Virus record (IMG/VR): IMGVR_UViG_3300045988_120504
Location: 1 to 16,154 of that record
Strand: one strand, 5' to 3'
Length of the DNA: 16,154 nucleotides
Source: a virus
In this document: positions 1 through 6,525 of the stretch, piece by piece
Layout of the letters: each line of letters starts with the position of its first letter
Position numbering within the stretch: the first letter of the stretch is position 1
Notes under the pieces: generated by a model
Told to the model about the DNA's origin: nothing
Seen by the model: only the letters and a program-made list of their open reading frames with translations
Database searches by the model: none
Translations under genes and position numbers: made by a program

Positions 1-135
1 CACAACGCCAAGAACGACACAGCCCACACCTCTCTACACCACAACGCCAAGAACGACACAGCCCACACCTCTCTACACCACAACGCCAAGAACGGCACAG
101 CCCACACACGCACTATACCACAACGCCAAGAACAA
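1..135. repeat. Terminal array of about 3.4 copies of a 39-40-bp direct repeat inside the ITR (unit cacaacgccaagaacgacacagcccacacctctctacac); CA-rich on the 5' strand
   Basis: Copies at 1-39 and 40-78 are identical. The copy at 79-118 is diverged (…gaacggcacagcccacacacgcactatac). A partial fourth copy lies at 119-~135. The array begins at nucleotide 1, the genome end. Confidence 0.9.
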
Positions 136-208
136 CACAATAAAATAATGAACTAAAATCCATAGCATTTACCAATGAATAAAATCCAAACAAATTAAAC
201 CAAAGCAC

Positions 209-237
209 TAGACACAAGCGCCAACGCATGGCATAAT
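209..237 (+). promoter_or_regulatory. Sigma70/sigmaA-like promoter inside the left ITR (-35 TAGACA 209-214, 17-bp spacer, extended -10 TGgCATAAT 229-237), preceded by A-tract-rich DNA at 140-200
   Basis: Close hexamer matches (5/6 and 5/6) with a TG extended -10 and ideal 17-bp spacing. It lies about 45 nt upstream of the 282..557 gene. A GGAG/AGGAAA RBS sits at 268-279. Confidence 0.55.
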
Positions 238-281
238 GTAATTGTTCGGAAGGGAACAGACTTTACGGAGATTTAGGAAAG

Positions 282-557
282 ATGTACACCACTAAGAAAT
301 TTACCATTGCTGAGCTCAAAGCAAAGAACGCAATTTGCCCCGGTACTATCGTTGACGGCTATACATATGTAGTAACGCGCTACTCTGTAGATGCTAGCGA
401 TGATCTTATTCCCGAAGTTTATAAGCAGACTGACATTGCATCGTTTGGCAGTGCAGAAAACGCAGGAGCGTATTGTGTAGCCGCCTACGCACGCGATTTA
501 GATATTAGCAGTGCAATTCAGTACTTCTATAAGGTTCGCGCGGTGGAGGTATACTAA
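282..557 (+). CDS. ITR-encoded hypothetical early protein, 91 aa (copy 1 of 2)
   Basis: ORF directly downstream of the ITR promoter, with an RBS upstream. Its stop overlaps the next gene's ATG (TAATG). An identical copy lies at 15598..15873(-). No motif recognised. Confidence 0.6.
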   Translation: MYTTKKFTIAELKAKNAICPGTIVDGYTYVVTRYSVDASDDLIPEVYKQTDIASFGSAENAGAYCVAAYARDLDISSAIQYFYKVRAVEVY

Positions 558-736
558 TGACCAAGCAACTAATAGCCGCAATAGCCTTTACCCTCCTTTG
601 CTGCCTACTAATGGCGCTAGGCTGGTATGTGGGTGGCATTGTTGGCGGCCTAATCTGGTGCGCTGCCCTCCCCTGCGGAATGATTGGCATTGGGTGGCTG
701 CTAAGCCTGGTAATTAATATGGATGGGTGGTTTTAA
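557..736 (+). CDS. ITR-encoded small membrane protein, 59 aa, two predicted TM helices (MTKQLIAAIAFTLLCCLLMALGWYVGGIVGGLIWCAALPCGMIGIGWLLSLVINMDGWF), copy 1 of 2
   Basis: Not in the ORF track because it is under 60 aa. A strong SD (GGAGGT at 545-550) lies 6 nt before the ATG at 557, and the ATG overlaps the upstream stop. The protein is very hydrophobic with GxxxG-like motifs. The alternative-frame ORFs 511..717(+) and 505..690(-) look like nonsense (R/W/P-rich). Confidence 0.55.
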   Translation: MTKQLIAAIAFTLLCCLLMALGWYVGGIVGGLIWCAALPCGMIGIGWLLSLVINMDGWF

Positions 737-739
737 AAA

Positions 740-1012
740 ATGCAAGAAGTTTGGAAGTTCCATAATCATACAGTCTATTTAATTTGCGAATACGTGAATA
801 AAGGCAATTATGTATTCACGGCAAAACCAGCAGACTTAGATAGTGCTGAAGCCGCTAAAGCGCTAACGAAACTTTCTTTACATTTACGAACTATTGGCCT
901 TACCGATCGTGGAATTTTTAGGGCAATGCCAAAAATCCTAGCAGAAGCGCCAGGCTGGCATTTAGCTAATCAAAAGGTTTGGCAATCTAGTGATGATAGA
1001 TTTAGGTATTAG
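740..1012 (+). CDS. Hypothetical protein, 90 aa; its ATG sits exactly at the ITR/unique-sequence boundary
   Basis: ORF continuing the left-end plus-strand operon. The start ATGC at 740-743 is the last ITR nucleotides. It converges on the ATPase gene, with 21 bp between the two stop codons. Confidence 0.45.
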   Translation: MQEVWKFHNHTVYLICEYVNKGNYVFTAKPADLDSAEAAKALTKLSLHLRTIGLTDRGIFRAMPKILAEAPGWHLANQKVWQSSDDRFRY

Positions 1013-1033
1013 CCTAATAGCGCTAGGTATTAT

Positions 1034-2074
1034 TTAACGTAACCCAAGCATTCGCAACATCTTTAAAAATCCCTCGCGAGTGGCGTTGTTCTCAAACCGA
1101 ACAACGCCGTTACCATATAATCTGCCAATCTGACGTGCAAACTTCCCGGCTGATTCAACCAGGTACATATTTGGCCTATGATCCTCGGTCGTAAGCGAAT
1201 AAACTAAACCACCTTTAGGCGATTTACGATTCACATAAAACAAGCCGTTTGAGTTGTCAAGCCAAACGGCATAAACATTGCCGCAATATTTAAATCCATA
1301 GCGGTATTTTGCGTTAGCAGTTTTCTTTGCAATGAACAAATCATTTGAAGCCGCAAACTCATTATCGATCATGACTTTTTCCAACGCCGTACCGGCAATA
1401 ACCTTGCCCACCAGCGTATCGCGCTCGCTTTGCGCAAATGCAGCGTCTTTAATGTGATGCAAAAGCACTGTTTTATTGTTATGCCAGGAATAGCCAGGCT
1501 TAGGCTCGTCGGTAATGCCAAGCCACAAAAACGCAGGATTGACCAGGTCAACGGCGTTAGATAGTAAATACAGTTGGCAATCGTCACGTTTACGACCAAT
1601 GGTTTTCCATAATTTAAAAAGCTTGCCCATATCGTCGTACAGATAGCCTGGAGGTGTTTTTACCTCTCGAATGTATTCATCAAAAATTAGCCGCTTAACG
1701 CGCGGGTACGCAGTTCCCTTGTAAGTGCCTTGCTTGCTCAACGCGAAGAAGTGGCAACACACTTGCCAATTTGGTTTAGCCTTGCCAGATGGTTTTTTAG
1801 AAATGTAGCCGTGTTCTTTGTCTGTCTTAAAAATATATCCTGGGAATTCCTCATGATCAACAAGGTCATCAAAAAAGTTTGCAGCCGCCTTTTTAAGCTC
1901 GGTTTCGTAGCGGCGAATCCATCCGAATTCTTTACCGCTTTTGATAAATTCCTTTACGCCTTGATACGTAAAACTATAGGTTTTACCAATAGAATTACCA
2001 CCAACGGCAATGGTCATAGGTGCGTTATACGATAACGTCTTTTCCATATATTTTTGCAAATAAAAATCAGCCAT
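1034..2074 (-). CDS. DNA packaging ATPase (phi29 gp16-like encapsidation protein), 346 aa
   Basis: Walker A motif VGGNSIGKT. Motifs WIRRYETELKK, AYPRVKRLIFDEYIRE, LLSNAVDLVNPAFL and YSLTTED align with the phi29 gp16 motifs (IGARGIGKS, YVRRYKPELAK, AYPNVSTIVFDEFIRE, CLSNAVSVVNPYFL, YTLTTDD) as I remember them. The ATG overlaps the upstream stop (TAATG at 2072-2076). Confidence 0.9.
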   Translation of the reverse strand: MADFYLQKYMEKTLSYNAPMTIAVGGNSIGKTYSFTYQGVKEFIKSGKEFGWIRRYETELKKAAANFFDDLVDHEEFPGYIFKTDKEHGYISKKPSGKAKPNWQVCCHFFALSKQGTYKGTAYPRVKRLIFDEYIREVKTPPGYLYDDMGKLFKLWKTIGRKRDDCQLYLLSNAVDLVNPAFLWLGITDEPKPGYSWHNNKTVLLHHIKDAAFAQSERDTLVGKVIAGTALEKVMIDNEFAASNDLFIAKKTANAKYRYGFKYCGNVYAVWLDNSNGLFYVNRKSPKGGLVYSLTTEDHRPNMYLVESAGKFARQIGRLYGNGVVRFENNATREGFLKMLRMLGLR

Positions 2075-3366
2075 TATAGATAACGCCTAATCCACCATGT
2101 ACATTTGTTCGATAAATAATTAGCTGGGTCGGTTTTCAGCCATGGGCCTTTAGGGTGGCTTCCGCCGCCGTGGCCCATGATCTGACCATTGCCCACGTAT
2201 AATTCAACATGCCCAACGCCTGATTCATCCGCTGAACCGCCCCATGATATTAGCACCAGATCGGCTAATTGCATCTTATCAAACGGTAAGTTTTTACCCT
2301 TGCCATGTGTAATTAGAGTTCCTTTGCTGCTCATGTCACCCGTCCAGGTGCCTACATTGATACCAGTAATTTGCTTATAGGCTGCGTAAATTGTAGAGCT
2401 GCAATCCCCTACCCCACTGTTTACCGGGTCGAGCCTTCCCGCGCCTTGCGAATACTGAAATTTACCCTCCCAGGACTTATACAACTCAACAACCTTGCGC
2501 GCGGCATCGCTGCCCGTGTCGTTTCCCTGGTCAGTGGTGGCATTATCGGTGCTGTTGGGATGCCCATTTACATTTGCCGACGGTGCCCAAATGTTAGGCC
2601 CCATTTTTTGGCACACCAAGCCATTAGTAAAGCCAGAAAGGCCAAAAATAACCAATTCGTTATTAACAAGTTGACAATAACTAACTTGGCTGGCTTGCTG
2701 CTCCGATTGTGTAGGGGAATCCCCACCAGATTCAACGTCGCCAACTTGCCCAAAATAAGGCGGCGCACTGTTACCGTCCCAATCCTTTAGCATGTCATAT
2801 GTTCGGTTATAACGGTTCTTGTATTTGCCCAGAACGCCATTATTCAAAACCGTGTTACGCATTGTTTCAAGCGTAGCATTACCGCCGCACGCTCTAAGCA
2901 CCTGACCAGCGCTGCGGGGGCTTTGGTGGTACATGCAAGCAGCAAAAACAAGCGTTTGCGGCCTATCCTGCGATAGACCGAACTTTTCCAGAGCCGGAAC
3001 ATACTCATTTTGAAATTGGTCGAACCATTTTTGTTGCTGCGTTTTATGGTTCGCGTCACGCTTTGCGAACTCTACCCACGCATTAGCTTCGCTATCGGTC
3101 AAATATCGCGAAGTCCACCAATTCCAACTATCTCCGTGCGCATCTACGTCAGCGTCTAATTGAGGGGCCGCCGCTTTAAAAGCGGCGTACCCCTCGGGAT
3201 CACCAGTTCGCAGCATTTTTAGCAGATTTGACGCATTTTGCCCGTATTCCTGCATCATGCCAATGGTGATAGGATCGACGCGGTAAACGCCTCCCCAATT
3301 GTGCTCTGACTCTACCGCGCCAATTACGTACATTGCGTATAATGATGTGTTTGCAAGTGTGGGCAT
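2074..3366 (-). CDS. Tail-associated peptidoglycan hydrolase (phi29 gp13-like morphogenesis/tail lysin): lysozyme-like N-terminal domain plus C-terminal NlpC/P60-type cysteine peptidase, 430 aa
   Basis: The N-terminus GAVESEHNWGG resembles the catalytic-Glu region of the gp13 lysozyme-like domain (GNMQSEST). The C-terminus has GDCSSTIYAAY...HVELYVGNGQIMGHGG, a Cys...His NlpC/P60 signature. It occupies the gp13 position between the fiber and the ATPase. TAATG overlap at 3364-3368. Confidence 0.7.
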   Translation of the reverse strand: MPTLANTSLYAMYVIGAVESEHNWGGVYRVDPITIGMMQEYGQNASNLLKMLRTGDPEGYAAFKAAAPQLDADVDAHGDSWNWWTSRYLTDSEANAWVEFAKRDANHKTQQQKWFDQFQNEYVPALEKFGLSQDRPQTLVFAACMYHQSPRSAGQVLRACGGNATLETMRNTVLNNGVLGKYKNRYNRTYDMLKDWDGNSAPPYFGQVGDVESGGDSPTQSEQQASQVSYCQLVNNELVIFGLSGFTNGLVCQKMGPNIWAPSANVNGHPNSTDNATTDQGNDTGSDAARKVVELYKSWEGKFQYSQGAGRLDPVNSGVGDCSSTIYAAYKQITGINVGTWTGDMSSKGTLITHGKGKNLPFDKMQLADLVLISWGGSADESGVGHVELYVGNGQIMGHGGGSHPKGPWLKTDPANYLSNKCTWWIRRYL

Positions 3367-4136
3367 TAGCTAATTGAGAACGTTGCACTAGCATTACCGT
3401 ATGTAATGCTCTTATCGCCGATGCCGTTACCATCAAGGTAAAGCACACCATCAGTGCCTACGTAAAGGTTGGTTACCCAACTGTTGTTTTGGCAAAAAGC
3501 TTCGCTATTACTGGCAACAGTCCAATACAGTGCTGCGCTTGGAATAGATAGCGCAGTAGTTGGCGCATAGCCCATGTAATACAGTGGGATGCCAGTATTT
3601 TTAGAAGTGCCTGGAATTGTGCGTTTTGCACTTTTCACGGCTGAATTGGCGGCGTAATTATATTGTTTTGTCTCGCGGGTTCCAACAAATCCGTAAAACT
3701 CGCAATGTTTGCCATCATCGCTAACGCGGCATTCTTGTGCAGTTTCTACTGTATCCTTCCAAGGGTTATCGGGGTGAATTGAAGCAGCTTGTAGGTTAAC
3801 AATGCCCTCAAGCGTTTTTACACGTGAAGTTGCTTCGCGCGCTTCGGATAGCGCGCCGTTTGCAGTGGTGTTTGCCGTAGTTGCCGCCGATTTCGCGGTT
3901 GCTGCCGCGGCGCTCGCTGCGTCTGCCGTGCCGCTGGCCTTTACTGCTTCGGTCTGTGCTTCGGTAGCTACCTTATTAGCGTTCGTTACCTGCGTTCGAA
4001 TCGCGGAAATATCCCCCTGCGTTGCAAGCGTTCCCATAGCAGAATCAGCAGCAGTTGCAAGCGAGTTCATATCATTAACAATTGAAATAGGGGATGCGCC
4101 GTTTATAAGTGGCAAATTGAAATTCGGGGTAGGCAT
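3366..4136 (-). CDS. Tail fiber / appendage-like protein with Ala-rich coiled-coil stalk, 256 aa
   Basis: Conserved N-terminal MPTPNFNLPLING, followed by about 100 aa of A/T/S-rich heptad-like sequence (AAAATAKSAATTANTTANGALSEAREATSRVKTLEG). It sits where phi29 has the gp12 appendage. TAATG overlap with the upstream gene at 4134-4138. Confidence 0.45.
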   Translation of the reverse strand: MPTPNFNLPLINGASPISIVNDMNSLATAADSAMGTLATQGDISAIRTQVTNANKVATEAQTEAVKASGTADAASAAAATAKSAATTANTTANGALSEAREATSRVKTLEGIVNLQAASIHPDNPWKDTVETAQECRVSDDGKHCEFYGFVGTRETKQYNYAANSAVKSAKRTIPGTSKNTGIPLYYMGYAPTTALSIPSAALYWTVASNSEAFCQNNSWVTNLYVGTDGVLYLDGNGIGDKSITYGNASATFSIS

Positions 4137-4984
4137 TATAAATTCTCCTTATAACCAAGAACGCCGTTCGCGTCCATTTCACCGTAAGTCGTAAAAATAG
4201 AAGGCGAATAATCATAACCAGGTTCAACATCTTGCATTGCTGCCGCTGGGGTTATTGCGCAGTTCAAAGCGTCATTAAACATTGCAATAAGTGATGCATC
4301 TTTCTTAGCCTTTTCGCACGCGTTTTTAAGAACGAAACGCCCATAAAAGTCAAGCGAGAAATAGCAAATTTCATCAGTAGTCGCGAATTCAGCCGTAACC
4401 ATTCGGCCCACAGCGTCTGGCGCGGGAGCAGGGTAAAGTGTTGCCCGCCCGGTCATTGCACCATCACGGTTTGCAAATGAACCATATGTTAGCCCGTCAA
4501 GATCATTATACGATAGATATTGATCGGTCTGCGCCGTGCCGTGCGCGGTTGCTTCGCCTATACCAAGGTAATCAATATCGGCATATGTTGCCGCGAAGGG
4601 GCGGCACGCGTCAAAAATTTGCCGGAATGCGACCTGGTGATAATCATAACTACCCGTTATAGGATTATGAACCAGGAACAAACCAGCGGTAATATTCTTG
4701 ATCTGCTCTTGCAGGTGGGAATCCCCCGCTTCCCAACCGCTTCGCAAATCGTTGATCTGCCCTTGCAAATCAGCATCAAGCTCGCTAATAGCTTTATTCA
4801 ATTCTTCATCATTAATGCCAGAATCATTTACCGCCATTAGCGCCTGGAGCAGCCAATTAATTTGATCCTCTAACCGGATCGCCCTTTTCCATGAAGGGGG
4901 TAAAGGATACTGAAATCCTTGATATGCAAAGTCTAAACCTGTTAGACCATCGAAAACAGCCATATTAAAATCCCTCATCATCAT
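4136..4984 (-). CDS. Structural protein of unknown function (282 aa from the MMM start; the ATG at 4963 with a GAGGGA SD gives 275 aa and is the more likely start)
   Basis: Long ORF inside the structural gene block, between lower collar and fiber. No motif recognised. The internal ATG at 4963 lies 1 nt after the upstream gene's TAA and is preceded by GAGGGA with a 7-nt spacer. Confidence 0.5.
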   Translation of the reverse strand: MMMRDFNMAVFDGLTGLDFAYQGFQYPLPPSWKRAIRLEDQINWLLQALMAVNDSGINDEELNKAISELDADLQGQINDLRSGWEAGDSHLQEQIKNITAGLFLVHNPITGSYDYHQVAFRQIFDACRPFAATYADIDYLGIGEATAHGTAQTDQYLSYNDLDGLTYGSFANRDGAMTGRATLYPAPAPDAVGRMVTAEFATTDEICYFSLDFYGRFVLKNACEKAKKDASLIAMFNDALNCAITPAAAMQDVEPGYDYSPSIFTTYGEMDANGVLGYKENL

Positions 4985-5537
4985 AGAGTTGATTAAACAA
5001 TGGCTCTAAGCCATTAAATACTAGGTATAGTGCATTGTTAACACCAGTGAGCCACTTTGTCAACACTTCGGCGGCTTGTCCCTGCGTTCCTTTATGTGTG
5101 CTTGTGCTTTTGCCCTGATCAGTCCCCCTCCCCGTGTTATCGGTTAGATTGGTAGCGTAATCTTTAGCGCCTGATAATTGCGCCTGTGGCGTTGCGCTGA
5201 AAATTTGCCGCGCGCTGCTGTTCGATTCAGACGAACTAATGTTCGTATCCTCTGTGCTGTAAGTAGCCATAATATCTAGCTTCTCATTTGCAAGCGCCGC
5301 AAAGATCGGATTAATTACTGGCATCATTTCGCGCATACGCCTATTAAGATAGGCCACAAATAGCGCTGGGGTGTCCTGCGCGATTTTTCGAAACTCGAAA
5401 TGATCATAGATTTTGTTTTGAAGTTCTTCGCGCTCTGATTCATCCCAAATAGGATAAGGTCTAGCTGCGTCCCAAAGGTCATTGCCGTACAAATGTACGA
5501 CATCTCGCAAAGTTGGTGCATCGTCTGCTATTAGCAT
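4965..5537 (-). CDS. Putative lower collar / tail tube protein (gp11 position), about 190 aa (ORF extends to a TTG at 5555; the ATG at 5537 with a GGAGA SD is preferred)
   Basis: Called by position, immediately downstream of the portal in the conserved phi29 order capsid, tail knob, connector, lower collar. No strong motif. Confidence 0.45.
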   Translation of the reverse strand: MLIADDAPTLRDVVHLYGNDLWDAARPYPIWDESEREELQNKIYDHFEFRKIAQDTPALFVAYLNRRMREMMPVINPIFAALANEKLDIMATYSTEDTNISSSESNSSARQIFSATPQAQLSGAKDYATNLTDNTGRGTDQGKSTSTHKGTQGQAAEVLTKWLTGVNNALYLVFNGLEPLFNQLYDDEGF

Positions 5538-5541
5538 TGTT

Positions 5542-6525
5542 TTATTCTCCGTCAATATCTTTATTAGGCATTACTTCGGGCGCTTCTGCTTCGCGCAAAT
5601 GCGGTACTGACCACGATACATCAATAGGCGCGTCGAGGTAATCAGCAAAAACAACGTTAGCCACTTTGCAAAATTCTTTTCGGCACTTTAGGCGCGAATT
5701 GCGCATCAACATAACCTGTTCGTTATTAGATAAAACTTCCTGGGTATTGACGCGCTCGCGCTTATCGGTATTGGCATTGTCAGCGCCTAAAAACGTGATC
5801 GCTTCATCGAGTATACGCTTTTTAGCATCAAGCAATTTATCAGCGACAAAAGGCGCGTTAGTGTTTAGTACCTCATAGTTTACAATGTCAGTCATTCCGC
5901 TATTTTGGCTGATGAACTGCTTATTGTTTTTAAGGTCCTTTATAATGCCCTTTTTGGTCGCTTTTGCTTCTTCTGGTCCGGTAATGATCCATGGCGTTTT
6001 TTGCGCCCCAACATTAATATCAATAGTGCGGTCAATTGCTGCAAGGCGCTTTGCATAATTGCTGATGAATCCGCTTAGCGGCGTTCGCATCATATTATCG
6101 AAAAGCATAACGGCATCGCGTGGCATCACTTCATTTTCTGCGTTGACCCAAAAATTACAATGGCGCTGCCAATACTGGCCTGCTGGCGAAAACAGGTTGA
6201 TTTTATTTGGATTGTAAAACATGTTGATGTTTTCAGCTGGTGCGGCTTGCGCAAAAAGAACGCCGCCGCTTTCTGTAAATAAAGCGCCCATCCCATAGTA
6301 AAGTAGGATATATTCAATAGCGCGTGGATCAATGCCAGCTGGTACGTTTTCCCAGGTAAAGCCAGCAATTGCGATGTTTTCTAGGTACGTGCGCCAAAAA
6401 CGATACTGCAATTGGTCATATGCCTGTGCACTGTCTAGCAGTTCGCGAACATGTTTTTTTCCTAGCATCAACTCTGATTCATCAATCCATACGGATTGCG
6501 CATAGTCTGGTAAGCTAGTGCTCAT
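5542..6525 (-). CDS. Head-tail connector / portal protein (phi29 gp10-like upper collar), 327 aa
   Basis: [21 protein letters not shown] aligns with gp10 [34 protein letters not shown] aligns with [33 protein letters not shown] aligns with [22 protein letters not shown]. TAATG overlap with the tail knob gene at 6523-6527. Confidence 0.85.
   Translation of the reverse strand: [327 protein letters not shown]

Larger units (their letters stand above)
1..743. repeat. Left inverted terminal repeat (ITR), 743 bp, perfect reverse complement of 15412..16154
   Basis: Seen directly. The first and last about 743 nt are exact reverse complements. The ORF track gives identical 91-aa, 68-aa and 61-aa translations at both ends. 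Identity stops after ...aaaaaATGC at 743 on the left and 15412 on the right. The window starts and ends exactly at the repeat, as expected for the ends of a linear protein-primed genome. Confidence 0.95.

Noticed and set aside
1-135. Terminal tandem repeats as a possible CRISPR array
   Set aside because: The units are directly adjacent, with no unique spacers between them. They are degenerate, mirrored at both genome ends as part of the ITR, and there are no cas genes.
140-281. A-rich ITR leader as a possible pRNA gene
   Set aside because: The sequence is strongly A-rich with almost no self-complementarity. It is more consistent with an UP-element, bent-DNA or DBP-binding region upstream of the ITR promoter than with a structured RNA.
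505-717. ORFs 511..717(+) 68 aa and 505..690(-) 61 aa in the ITR
   Set aside because: They are alternative frames of the 557..736 membrane-protein gene. Their translations are R/W/P-rich nonsense and they lack RBSs, whereas the 557 frame has a perfect SD and a coherent two-TM protein.
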